Assembly (NCBI GenBank): GCA_950097015.1
Contig: CATNEN010000029.1
Span: 3,286,001 to 3,350,000 of the forward strand
Reading direction: 5' to 3'
Source: Macrostomum hystrix
Taxonomy: Eukaryota > Animalia > Platyhelminthes
DNA length: 64,000 nt
Shown here: positions 25,288-41,874 of the stretch, one piece after another
How the letters are laid out: every line of letters starts with the position of its first letter
Position numbering within the stretch: the stretch's first letter is position 1
Program-made: the position numbers and the translations under genes
Notes under the pieces: model-generated
What the model was told of the DNA's origin: nothing
Database searches by the model: none
The model's input: only the letters and a program-made list of their open reading frames with translations

Positions 25288-25865
25288 GTGATGTCTAACA
25301 CACGGGTGGAATGTTTAACACATTGCTGTGATGTCTAACACACGGGTGGAATATTTAACACATTGCTGTGATGTCTAACACACGGGTGGAATGTTTAACA
25401 CATTGCTGTGATGTCTAACACACGGGTGGAATGTTTAACACATTGCTGTGATGTCTAACGCACGGGTGGAATATTTAACACATTGCTGTGATGTCTAACA
25501 CACGGGTGAAGTGTTTAACACATTGCTGTGATGTCTAACACACGGGTGGAATGTTTAACACATTGCTGTGATGTCTAACACACGGGTGAAGTGTTTAACA
25601 CATTGCTGTGATGTCTAACACACGGGTGGAATATTTAACACATTGCTGTGATGTCTAACACACGGGTGAAGTGTTTAACACATTGCTGTGATGTCTAACA
25701 CACGGGTGGAATGTTTAACACATTGCTGTGATGTCTAACACACGGGTGGAATGTTTAACACATTGCTGTGATGTCTAACACACGGGTGGAATGTTTAACA
25801 CATTGCTGTGATGTCTAACACACGGTTGGAATATTTAACACATTGCTGTGATGTCTAACACACGG
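25288..25865. repeat. 40-bp tandem repeat (dimer of diverged 20-mers)
   Basis: Period 40; the halves GTGATGTCTAACACACGGGT and GGAATGTTTAACACATTGCT are both related to the adjacent 20-mer. Confidence 0.92.
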
Positions 25866-28800
25866 TGTGTGAAGTCTAACATACGGAGTTGATGTCTAAC
25901 ACACGGGCGTGGTGTCTAACACGTGTGTGGTGTCTAACACGTGTGTGGTGTCTAACACATGGGTGTGGTGTCTAACACATGTGTGTGGTGTCTAACACAT
26001 GTGCGTGGTGTTTAACACATGTGTTTGGTGTCTAACACATGTGTGTGGTGTCTAACACATGTTTGTGGTGTCTAACACATGTGTGTGGTGTCTAACACAT
26101 GTGTGTGGTGTCTAACACATGTGTGTGGTGTTTAACACATGTTTTTGGTGTCTAACACATGTGTGTGGTGTCTAACACATGTTTGTGGTGTCTAACACAT
26201 GTGTGTGGTGTCTAACACATGTGTGTGGTGTCTAACACATGTGTGTGGTGTCTAACACATGTGTGTGGTGTCTAAAACATGGGTGTGGTGTCTAACAAAT
26301 GTGTGTGGTGTCTAACACATGTGTGTGGTGTCTAACACATGTGTGTGGTGTCTAACACATGTGTGTGGTGTCTAACACATGTGTGTGGTGTCTAACACAC
26401 GGGTGTGGTGTCTAACACATGTGTGTGGTGTCTAACACATGTGTGTGGTGTCTAACACATGGGTGTGGTGTCTAACACATGTGTGTGGTGTCTAACACAC
26501 GGGTGTGGTGTCTAACACATGGACGTGGTGTCTAACACATGTGTGTGGTGTCTAACACATGTGTGTGGTGTCTAACACATGGGTGTGGTGTCTAACACAT
26601 GTGTGTGGTGTCTAACACATGGGTGTGGTGTCTAACACATGTGTGTGGTGTCTAACACACGGGTGTGGTGTCTAACACATGTGTGTGGTGTCTAACACAT
26701 GTGTGTGGTGTCTAACACATGGGTGTGGTGTCTAACACATGTGTGTGGTGTCTAACACACGGGTGTGGTGTCTAACACATGGACGTGGTGTCTAACACAT
26801 GTGTGTGGTGTCTAACACACGGGTGTGGTGTCTAACACATGGACGTGGTGTCTAACACATGTGTGTGGTGTCTAACACATGTGTGTGGTGTCTAACACAT
26901 GGGTGTGGTGTCTAACACATGTTTGTGGTGTCTAACACATGTGTGTGGTGTCTAACAAATGTGTGTGGTGTCTAACACATGGACGTGGTGTCTAACACAT
27001 GTGTGTGGTGTCTAACACATGTGTGTGGTGTCTAACACATGTGTGTGGTGTCTAACACATGTGTGTGGTGTCTAACACACGGGTGTGGTGTCTAACACAT
27101 GGACGTGGTGTCTAACACATGTGTGTGGTGTCTAACACATGTGTGTGGTGTCTAACACATGTGTGTGGTGTCTAACACACGGGTGTGGTGTCTAACACAT
27201 GGACGTGGTGTCTAACACATGTGTGTGGTGTCTAACACATGTGTGTGGTGTTTAACACATGTTTTTGGTGTCTAACACATGTGTGTGGTGTCTAACACAT
27301 GTTTGTGGTGTCTAACACATGTGTGTGGTGTCTAACACATGGGTGTGGTGTCTAACACATGTGTGTGGTGTCTAAAACATGGGCGTGGTGTCTAACAAAT
27401 GTGTGTGGTGTCTAACACATGTGTGTGGTGTCTAACACATGTGTGTGGTGTCTAACACACGGGTGTGGTGTCTAACACATGGACGTGGTGTCTAACACAT
27501 GTGTGTGGTGTCTAACACATGTGTGTGGTGTCTAACACATGTGTGTGGTGTCTAACACATGGGTGTGGTGTCTAACACATGTGTGTGGTGTCTAACACAC
27601 GGGTGTGGTGTCTAACACATGGACGTGGTGTCTAACACATGTGTGTGGTGTCTAACACATGTGTGTGGTGTCTAACACATGTGTGTGGTGTCTAACACAC
27701 GGGTGTGGTGTCTAACACATGGACGTGGTGTCTAACACATGTGTGTGGTGTCTAACACATGTGTGTGGTGTCTAACACGTGTGTGTGGTGTCTAACACAT
27801 GTGTGTGGTGTCTAACACATGGGTGTGGTGTCTAACACATGTGTGTGGTGTCTAACACACGGGTGTGGTGTCTAACACATGGACGTGGTGTCTAACACAT
27901 GTGTGTGGTGTCTAACACATGTGTGTGGTGTCTAACACATGGGTGTGGTGTCTAACACATGTGTGTGGTGTCTAACACATGGGTGTGGTGTCTAACACAT
28001 GTGTGTGGTGTCTAACACACGGGTGTGGTGTCTAACACATGTGTGTGGTGTCTAACACATGTGTGTGGTGTCTAACACATGGGTGTGGTGTCTAACACAT
28101 GTGTGTGGTGTCTAACACACGGGTGTGGTGTCTAACACATGGACGTGGTGTCTAACACATGTGTGTGGTGTCTAACACACGGGTGTGGTGTCTAACACAT
28201 GGACGTGGTGTCTAACACATGTGTGTGGTGTCTAACACATGGGTGTGGTGTCTAACACATGTTTGTGGTGTCTAACACATGTGTGTGGTGTCTAACAAAT
28301 GTGTGTGGTGTCTAACACATGGACGTGGTGTCTAACACATGTGTGTGGTGTCTAACACATGTGTGTGGTGTCTAACACATGTGTGTGGTGTCTAACACAT
28401 GTGTGTGGTGTCTAACACACGGGTGTGGTGTCTAACACATGGACGTGGTGTCTAACACATGTGTGTGGTGTCTAACACATGTGTGTGGTGTCTAACACAT
28501 GTGTGTGGTGTCTAACACACGGGTGTGGTGTCTAACACATGGACGTGGTGTCTAACACATGTGTGTGGTGTCTAACACACGGGTGTGGTGTCTAACACAT
28601 GTGTGTGGTGTCTAACACACGGGTGTGGTGTCTAACACATGGACGTGGTGTCTAACACATGTGTGTGGTGTCTAACACATGTGTGTGGTGTCTAACACAT
28701 GTGTGTGGTGTCTAACACATGTGTGTGGTGTCTAACACACGGGTGTGGTGTCTAACACATGTGTGTGGTGTCTAACACATGTGTGTGGTGTCTAACACAT

Positions 28801-29335
28801 GGGTGTGGTGTCTAACACATGTGTGTGGTGTCTAACACACGGGTGTGGTGTCTAACACATGGACGTGGTGTCTAACACATGTGTGTGGTGTCTAACACAC
28901 GGGTGTGGTGTCTAACACATGGACGTGGTGTCTAACACATGTGTGTGGTGTCTAACACATGTGTGTGGTGTCTAACACATGGGTGTGGTGTCTAACACAT
29001 GTGTGTGGTGTCTAACACATGGGTGTGGTGTCTAACACATGTGTGTGGTGTCTAACACACGGGTGTGGTGTCTAACACATGTGTGTGGTGTCTAACACAT
29101 GTGTGTGGTGTCTAACACACGGGTGTGATGTCTAACACATGTGTGTGGTGTCTAACACATGTGTGTGGTGTCTAACACATGTGTGTGGTGTCTAACACAT
29201 GTGTGTGGTGTCTAACACATGTGTGTGGTGTCTAACACACGGGTGTGATGTCTAACACACGGTATTATGTATGACACACGGGTGTGATGTCTAACACACG
29301 GTATTATGTATGACACACGGGTGTGATGTCTAACA
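25866..29335. repeat. 20-bp satellite array (~3.4 kb)
   Basis: Unit GTGTGGTGTCTAACACATGT, about 170 copies, with recurring variant units. Confidence 0.98.
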
Positions 29336-30335
29336 CATACCCGACCAGAGTAGTGTGTGTAGTACTCATGCAACGAAGTGAGTTACATAGAGAGGTCTAT
29401 ATGAGCTTCGATCATAACAAGCTCATGCAAGCCAATTTATTATCCAATTTGATCTCAAACATGAGCAGTGCGGATCTAAGGGTGTACTTATATGTCATCC
29501 ACGCACAGACTAAACAATTCTGCTTCAGGAAGTGAATGGCGTGATTTTGCTGGCAAAAACGCCGTCCCGAGAGTCAAAAGACTGAAGTCTGAAATATTAA
29601 TTAGTCCTCATCTTCAGAGACGCGCGCCCCTCTCCTTTGTCTTCGCAGCGACAATTTCTCTTAAAAACGAGAGAACTTGGAATAGAAAGCTGACGCGAAA
29701 GTGACGAGCAGAACTCGTTTCTGATCTATTCTGGCAATGCTGGCCCGATGCTAGGCCAAAGAAATCAATGATTAATTAGCAACTAGCTGCGCGCTAATTT
29801 TAGACTGGCATCAGCCCAACAAGCCCGCGGTTGACAGATCGAAACTTGCCAGCGAACCCCCCGCAGCTTTGCTTTATTAATTTTTGTTCTCATTTTGCAC
29901 TTGGCCAAGGCGGAGACTAACATCTTTGAGACTCTGTTTTGTTTGAATTCCTAAGTCCAAGTTGTGTCTAACTTCATATCGCCATTATGGCAACCATAGC
30001 TTTTTGCGTTCAATTTTGCACAGCGAATGTTGGGATAGGAATGGCGAATGTTGGGATTGGAATGGCGAATGTTGTGATAGGAATGGCGAATGTTGGGATA
30101 TGAATGGCGAATGTTGGGATAGGAATGGCGAATGTTGGGATTGGAATGGCAAATCTTGGGATAGGAATGGCGATTGCTGGAAAAGGAATGGCGAAATGAG
30201 AAATAGGAATGGCGAATGTTAAGATAGAAATGGAAAAAGCGAAAGAATAATGGGGGATTCAGTGAAAAGACAGATTGTAAAAGCAGCAACGCATGCCTGG
30301 CTGACTATAGCTTTTTGCGTTCAATTTTGGACAGC

Positions 30336-30760
30336 GGGCTTTCAATTTCGGCAAGGGTCTATGCGTCAGTCTCCCATCCCCTCCCATTGGTGTCTATGGC
30401 CAGAAAATGCACAGACGGGCTTTCAATTTCGGCAAGGGTCTATGTGTCAGTCTCCCATCCCCTCCCATTGGTGTCTATGGCCAGAAAATGCACAGACGGG
30501 CTTTCAATTTCGGCAAGGGTCTATGTGTCAGTCTCCCATCCCCTCCAATTGGTGTCTATGGCCAGAAAATGCACAGACGGGCTTTCAATTTCGGCAAGGG
30601 TCTATGCGTCAGTCTCTCATCCCCTCCCATTGGTGTCTATGGCCAGAAAATGCACAGACGGGCTTTCAATTTCGGCAAGGGTCTATGCGTCAGTCTCTCA
30701 TCCCCTCCCATTGGTGTCTATGGCCAGAAAATGCACAGACGGGCTTTCAAATTCGACAGC
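30336..30760. repeat. 81-bp tandem repeat (left arm)
   Basis: Five copies of GGGCTTTCAATTTCGGCAAGGG...GAAAATGCACAGAC; inverted copies at ~32150-32400. Confidence 0.95.
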
Positions 30761-30939
30761 GGGCAATCAATTTCGGCATGCAACCGGATTGACTGGAACT
30801 TCTCTCTTACTGGCAATCCTCAGCTCGTGGCAGCTGTCTATGGTAGAAGCAGCTTGACTGCTCGTTAATTTGACAGAGATCACAGAGGGAGAGAGTTTAG
30901 CAACACTGAGTCTTCTCTGTTAAAAGCTAACAGTTTAAC

Positions 30940-31966
30940 ATGGAGCATCGGCAGTATGCAACGATATCCAGAGACAAAGGAGATCTTGTCATCCAGGCTT
31001 GGCAGCGAGGAGAGCTCGTGACGGACATTGCAAAGATGCTTGGGGTGAAGCGCTCAACCGTGTACAGCATCTGTCACGCTTTTGACACGGAGGGGAGAAG
31101 GTATTCATTGCCTAAGGGTGGTAACAGGCGCCAAAAGCTCACCAACCCCATGAAGAATTTCCTGATGCTACACTGCAGCAGTTGCGTACTCGCTTGCTGG
31201 CCGAGTTTCAGGGTACGCTCGATAGTGTTGACATCTCGACCATTTCGAGGGCACTGGACAGTCACCTTTACACAATGAAGTGCCCCTCGAGGGAAGGTGA
31301 CGTGCCGGCTGCGAGGAACTCCGAGGAGAACAAAGCCAGGAGACAAGATTTCGCCAACTGGTTGGTCAACTTGCCGCCTTTTGTTGAGCTGGTGCATCTT
31401 GATGAGTCCTGGCTACGGAGTCTGGACTCGGCGCAGCTTCGGTCGAAGTGTGCGAGGAAAGCCAGTTCTCAGATTTGTGCAGATTTGTTCTCAGAAGAGC
31501 CCTGGACTCAACCTCATTCTGGCAACTTCTCCTACTATCGGCTTGGTGGAGTTCAGCCTTGAGATCGGTTCTGTGAACCGTGAGCGTGTGCAGATTTTGG
31601 TCCCTCGAATCTGCCAGAGCGTTGCCGCTCATCTGCCAGAAGGCCATCAGTGTGTGATTCCACTGGAATTTGAAGGTCGCATCAGCTTCCGCACCTTGCC
31701 GCCATACTCACCATTCCTGAACCCATTAGAGCTGGCACATTGCGTTCAAGGCTGCAGTGAAGCGCCAACTGAGTCAGCCAGTTGTTCAGCAAGAATTTGC
31801 TCTTATTCCGGAGGACATGAGCGCTAGGGACTGGAGGATAATGGTGTTGCAGCGCTGTGGTGTTGAGGCAATGGATGCCATCACCCAGCAGAAGTGCAGT
31901 GCTTGGTTTCAGTACACACTGCGATTCATCCCTCCGTGCTTGGCTAGAGAAAACATAATGGGATAA
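30940..31966 (+). pseudogene. frameshifted Tc1/IS630-family DDE transposase
   Basis: N-terminal HTH (DIAKMLGVKRSTVYSIC), DISTISRAL, first catalytic D (VHLDES) and LPPYSPFLNPLE, spread over four ORFs that change frame three times. The expected second-Asp DN..H segment is absent. Confidence 0.9.
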
Positions 31967-32499
31967 ATGTTGACTATCTTCGTCTTTGTGGTCCGACTTG
32001 TTTCACACGTTCGCGACTCTATCGTAGTGCTCCAGTTTGCATTGAATTCATTCAACAAAATGTTCGCGTTTTTTTACTCCGAAACATACAGTTTAAATGT
32101 TTGCTTAAGTGGATGGATTAATGCCGAAATTGATTGCCCGCTGTCGAATTTGAAAGCCCGTCTGTGCATTTTCTGGCCATAGACACCAATGGGAGGGGAT
32201 GGGAGACTGACACATAGACCCTTGCCGAAATTGAAAGCCCGTCTGTGCATTTTCTGGCCATAGACACCAATGGGAGGGGATGAGAGACTGACGCATAGAC
32301 CCTTGCCGAAATTGAAAGCCCGTCTGTGCATTTTCTGGCCATAGACACCAATTGGAGGGGATGGGAGACTGACGCATAGACCCTTGCCGAAATTGAAAGC
32401 CCGCTGTCCAAAATTGAACGCAAAAAGCTATGGTCAGCCAGGCATGCGTTGCTGCTTTTACAATCTGTCTTTTCACTGAATCCCCCATTATTCTTTCGC

Positions 32500-34008
32500 T
32501 TTTTCCATTTCTATCTTAACATTCGCCATTCCTATTTCTAATTTCGCCATTCCTTTTCCAACAATCGCCATTCCTATCCCAAGATTTGCCATTCCAATCC
32601 CAACATTCGCCATTCCTATCCCAACATTCGCCATTCATATCCCAACATTCGCCATTCCCATCCCAACATTCGCCATTCCTATCCCAACACTCGCCATTTC
32701 CGTCCCAACATTCGCTATTCCTATCCCAACATTCGCCATTCCTATCACAACATTCGCCATTCCTATCCCAACATTCACCATTCCTATCCCAACATTAGCC
32801 ATTCCTATCCCAACATTCACCATTCCTATCCCAACATTCACCATTCCTATCCCAACATACGCCATTCATATCCCAACATTCGCCATTCCTATCCCAACAT
32901 TCACCATTCCTATCCCAACATTCGCCATTTCCATCCCAACATTCGCCATTCCTATTTCTCATTTCGCCATTCCTTTTCCAACATTCACCATTCAAATCCT
33001 AAAATTCGCCATTCCTATCCCAACATTCGCCATTCCCATCCCAATATTCGTCATTTCCATCCCAACATTAGCCATTCCAATCCCACCATTCGCTATTCCA
33101 ATCCCAACATTAGCCATTCCAATCACAAAATTCGCCATTCCTGTCCCAACATTCGCCATTCCTGTCCCAACATTCGCCATTCCAATCCCAACATTCGCTA
33201 TTCCAATCCCAACATTCGCCATTCCAATCCTAACACTCGCTATTCCAATCCCAACATTCGTTCCAATCCCAACATTAGCCATTCCAATCCCAACATTCGC
33301 TATTCCAATCCCAACATTAGCCATTCCAATCCCAACATTCGCTATTCCAATCCCAACACTCGCTATTCCAATCCCAACATTCGTTCCAATCCCAACATTA
33401 GCCATTCCAATCCCAACATTCGCCATTCCAATCCCAACATTCGCTATTCCAATCCTAACATTAGCCATTCCTATCCCAACATTCGCCATTCCTGTCCCAA
33501 CATTCGCCATTCCAATCCCAACATTCACCATTTACATCCCAACATTCGCCATTCCTATCCCAAGATTTGCCATTCCAATCACAACATTCGCTATTCCAAT
33601 CCCAACATTAGCCATTCCTATCCCAACATTCGCCATTCCTGTCCCAACATTCGCCATTCCTGTCCCAACATTCGCCATTCCAATCCCAACATTAGCCATT
33701 CCTATCCCAACACTCGCCATTCCTGTCCCAACATTCGCCATTCCAATCCCAACATTCGCCATTCCAATCCCAACATTCGCCATTCCTGTCCCAACATTCG
33801 CCATTCCAATCCCAACATTAGCCATTCCTATCCCAACACTCGCCATTCCTGTCCCAACATTCGCCATTCCAATCCCAACATTAGCCATTCCTATCCCAAC
33901 ACTCGCCATTCCTGTCCCAACATTCGCCATTCCAATCCCAACATTCGCCATTCCAATCCCAACATTAGCCATTCCTATCCCAACACTCGCCATTCCTATT
34001 TCTCATTT
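32500..34008. repeat. 21-bp minisatellite (right arm)
   Basis: Unit CCCAACATTCGCCATTCCTAT; its reverse complement forms 30023-30235. Confidence 0.95.
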
Positions 34009-34526
34009 CTCCCTCTGATCTCAAAAATGCGGTATACGCTGCAGAAAAGGTTATTAACTTTGCACAATTTAAAACTTCCGAAACGAAATAGAAAATAGAA
34101 ACTGATGCCACCATATTTTACCGAATCGCTCCTGTATATTGTTTTAGTATAATTATATTATTAATATGCCATTTTATACACAGAGCTAAGTTATTAAATA
34201 TAGCTGAGCTATAAGATTTGAAAATTGTCTATTAATATGAGCCGTCTGTTGATCGCAAACAAAGTTCAGGAGCCCAAACAGGGAAGCAAATAAGTCGAAC
34301 CGGTTTCATTTGCACCGTGAACAAAAACTTTCTAGCCATTCAGCAACACATCCTACTTAGTTAGTAGTCTGATACAGACTAATCACCACACCAGTTAATA
34401 GCAGAGAAACGGCAGGAAACCAAACATGAGAACGCACAGTCAAAACTGTGTAATTATAATAATAATAATTATTATTAAATAAATAGAGTTGTATCAACAT
34501 GCCGCAGTTAATGGTCCGTTGAATTC

Positions 34527-37765
<3,239 letters not shown>

Positions 37766-40700
37766 GGCTGGGGCTAGTGGGTGCTACTTAGCTGTGGGAA
37801 AGTTATCACATTTTTGGCAATTGAAATAAGTGCAAAGAAATTGGAAGGTTTGAATGGTAAAAATATTTTTGGGATTGGGAATTGAATTCCAATCCATAAC
37901 TCTATTCAGTTTATTTGTTTGTTATTAACAATTCAAATGAAATTATTATATTTTTTTAGGAATCACTATAGCTAAGTTTACAATACTTAGCATTTTTATT
38001 TTGCTATTGTATTCATCAGGCAAAAAATATTTTGTATGTATAACTTTATAACTTTAGAAAGGATATTTCTGACTATTTTGCCTTTTTTATATATATCCAA
38101 TCTAATTTATGCTGATTTATTATGGAATGTCAATTGTATGTTTGTGCACTTGTTTCAGATCATGCAAATAGATAGCAAAATATAAAAAATGACACTTGTC
38201 ATTTAGTGCAAATCTGATAGATTTGCTCAGTTAAGTTTGTCTAGATTAAGATTTATGTATATTCAGGATAGACATGTTATTTTTTCAAGATAGGCTCTGC
38301 AAGTATTTAGGATCTAGATTTTTCAGGATTAGGCAACTATGCAGATTATAGTTTTGATGCTATATTTAAAATAATTGAGCTAGTTTGCTATTTATTATAT
38401 ATATATTCTATATATAGAAAAAATAGGCAATCATAATAAAAAAATTATTATTGACAAAATTATATTGCTGCCTTTCATTCCTATAAGCTAGTCTTCTTAT
38501 CCACTTATCCACTTTCTAGCAACTATGTTTGTATCTTAAAGTAGCTAGAACATAAACTTTATGATACTTGGCATAAGTAAATATATATGAGATTTTTGCT
38601 TGATTTTAATAATCTTGGCTAGACAAATTCTATCAATAGTCAATATGGTACTGTAGCCTGTATACAGTACCATACAGTAGGATATCTATAGACTATACCT
38701 ATCCTAACAAAAATAGTTTAAATAACCATAAAATATTATTATTTCAGTACATATAAAAATTTAGAAATATTACACCACATTGTAGCTTAAATTTATCAAG
38801 TTAAACCTAGTTAAATGTATTATGAAGGCTTCATACAAACACATTTAAGCCTTTTTATAATATTACGATTATTAGGCATTTTAATATTATCAAGAGAAAC
38901 AATTCATGAAGCTTGGATGCCTATAAATGGGCATTGAATTCTATAACTTTGAAGTCCTTTTTACTTGTAGAATACAAACCTGAATTGTTCAAATCACTCA
39001 TAAAACTAATTAACTACCTAGAAATAAGATCACACTCTTTTATTACAAAGAATTGTCGGAAAAGTCAACAATGTTCCTGTTAAAATTGACAATCGAGAAA
39101 GCCAAATTGACTGGGGAAACTTTAAACTTTTTAGTATGCATCAGCTTAAACTAAATCATTATTTCATGTTGTTTTCGTCATTATGATTGCTATTATATCC
39201 TAACAGGGCAATACTAGTATCATAAGGAAATTCGGATACCACGTTAGGCCTACCAGGTGTAAAAATTAAAATTTTCACATGCTAAATCACTTTGTGTTTC
39301 TTTGAAAATCAAAAAATATTTTGAATGAGTTTCTTTTACAACTGTCAAACAAAAATTGAAAGCATTAGCACCAAAAATAGTAACAGAAACTGTATCTCAT
39401 TTTAATAAAAAAACGTTACTAATTTACATTTTTTACTAATTAAGTGCTGATTGAGTTACGCGGTCTGATTGCGTTGGCCCTACGGTGAACGACAGGTTAA
39501 TGTGACCTTTATCTTCTGCATTCTAACGAATGCAAGCTTTAATGCTCAAATGTACATATGAGCATGTGAGCATATGCTCATACATGTACATAACCATGCA
39601 TGCACTTCATGCGAAGATTCTGCACATACAGTGAACATAGATTTCTGATAGATAAATAGATGCATAGAGAGAACATGAATCAAGTTGAAAACATTCATTC
39701 ATGGCCTGTTGGAGGGAAAATAGATTAGGAAAAAAAGTTTTCTTGTGCGACAACTAAAGATACCTTAAACTCTAACAAAAACAGATCTGGCCAGCTTGCT
39801 TTGATTCAACTTATTTTTTCATATTCGGCTCGATCCGCTGGCAATTTATGTGACGTGACCACGCGCCTTTATTCGACTTTTTGACTGAGTGTTCGGTGAG
39901 GCGCCACTACGATCCTCCCTTCGGTCCGTCAATTTAAGGAAAATTGTACGTGGATATACAATTGTTGTGGGGCAGATCTGAGCAAGAAATTAATGGGCGT
40001 GGCGGCTCGACTTTCGCGCTGATCAAGCAGGAAAGCATTACTGACACAGCGAGAGAGAATTGGAGAGCTGCAATAACCCGATGTGGCCGCATCAAGAAGC
40101 CTGCGCGCGTTCCCTGCGAAGCGGGATCAGGGGGTGGACTGAAAGCGACAGGCTGAATTATTGGATTCTTGCTTGGTCAGGAAGGAACAGCGCACCCCTG
40201 ACTCAGAACGGATGAGTTCCAAGAGAAAGAGGATCGGAGTGGGGATTTGGCAATCGACACATCGGCTCTAGCTACTGTCTAAGCTGCTCAGCCCCAAATT
40301 CTTACACAATGCCATTCAGCTTCATTTCCGTCCCACCAAACCATCCGTCTGGCCCTTCGGATCATTCTACGCCAGAGCCCCGTGAGCCCCGTCTCTTAGC
40401 CCCTGTCCATCCGATTTGAGAAGTCGCCCCTGAGATGCACATGGACACGCGCTTGTGATATTTTCTTTTTCTGTTGCTGCTTCTTTTCAGTTCTTGTTTT
40501 TCTATCTCGTCCTCCTCCTCTGCTCCGTCAGGCCATCCCTCATGGCTCCCTGTACCACTTGCATGTACTTCATACTCTTTCGATCCTGCACTTTGCAAGC
40601 TTTATCTGCACGGTCTACCTCCCACCCTTCGGCCGCCCCCCCCCCACCACCACCACCCGCAGGGTCCGGCCTAGCCTTCTGCCCCTCTCCCTCTCCTCCC

Positions 40701-41874
40701 TCCATTTCTCAAGCCTGAGTGTACTTTTTAACATCACCCATGATCGTGCGCCGTCAATACACCCCGCTGCCAGCAAGATCTCCCCACTTTGCATTTCCCC
40801 TGCCCTTCCTGCTCTCTCGATTCCCTCTCCGTCGTCTATGTTCCAGTGTCTGCTCCCGCTACTCCCACCTTATTTCTCGTTTAGATTTCCCCTAAATCCC
40901 AAGGATTTCTTACCAACCACCGAGCCCGCAGCTCCCCCACTCCCCACTCTTCATCTCGTATCCCAAATCCCTTCCCTCCTGTTCGCTCAGAATTTTAGGA
41001 TGTCTCGCCGAGATAATCTAAAAAACTTCGATGTTAGCACGCAGCCGATTTTCTCTGAGCATTCCGTCTCTTCCTCGCCTCCACGCCTCGACCTACTCAA
41101 CTCCCCAGACCCCTTCCTCTGTGTCTAACCGAGTTAAAAAGAATTCAAACTTCTGTCCCGCCTCCTACCCTGTCTGGCCCGTCTTATCCCGCCGCTCCTC
41201 TCCTCTAGCCCTCTCTTTCCTTTTCGTCTTCAATTTTCCTCGTCCGCCTCAGTCGGATCGTCTCTAACGCCGTCCTATCTCTCTCCGTCGCAGCTTCCTT
41301 CCTTCGACTGGCCGTGACGGCACCACCCCGCGCCGCCTCTGCCGCCGCTGCCCCTCTATTTTTACTCAATCTGCCGACGTCCCCTCCTTGTCCTGTTCGC
41401 TCCTCGTCGCAGTAATCCCTGACTTGCGCGGCACTGATCCCAGTATTTCCTAATAGCTGCGGTTCTTCTCCTAAACAATTTCACCCAAATTCTTGTAAGG
41501 TCCGCCTTGGTTTTTATAATAATTATCCTCAAGCCACAAATGCCAACAACTGACAGTCTGACATCAGCCAGTCTGACCCTCAGCTCCTGCTCGTGTGGTA
41601 AGATAGAGTCTATGCTTTTGTGTTTAACTGTAAGATGGAGTCGGTGCAAAAAACATTAAATGGAAAATGGGAAACTATGAAAGACAAACCTTCCAATTCG
41701 AGCAAACATGTTTTGAATGATAAGCTTAGAAATTAGACTTTTGATATCTCCGCGCATCGCACAGAGCGCTCTCCATACGACGGTCATCCGGCTGGCAGCT
41801 GCCGGCTTGCCAACGCGGACGAACCTCGCGCAGCCGCCGGCGCAGCTGGCGGGCACAGCCTGCTGGCTGTCAGC

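Larger units (their letters stand above)
30023..34008. mobile_element. Tc1/IS630-like DNA transposon remnant with very long tandem-repeat-containing inverted arms
   Basis: Left arm 30023-30779 (21-mer array, unique ~100 bp, five 81-mers) is the reverse complement of the right arm from 32121 (three 81-mers, same unique block, 21-mer array extending to ~34008). The arms enclose a transposase pseudogene. Confidence 0.75.

Noticed and set aside
38645-38673. 11-bp hairpin ATGGTACTGTA/TACAGTACCAT and similar small palindromes (14447-14471, 39548-39590)
   Set aside because: Isolated short dyads with no supporting context; expected occasionally by chance in 64 kb.
39900-41650. Cluster of short ORFs in the CT-rich region upstream of GPSM2
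   Set aside because: Low complexity, no recognisable domain or consistent splice pattern; probably promoter, 5' UTR or intron.
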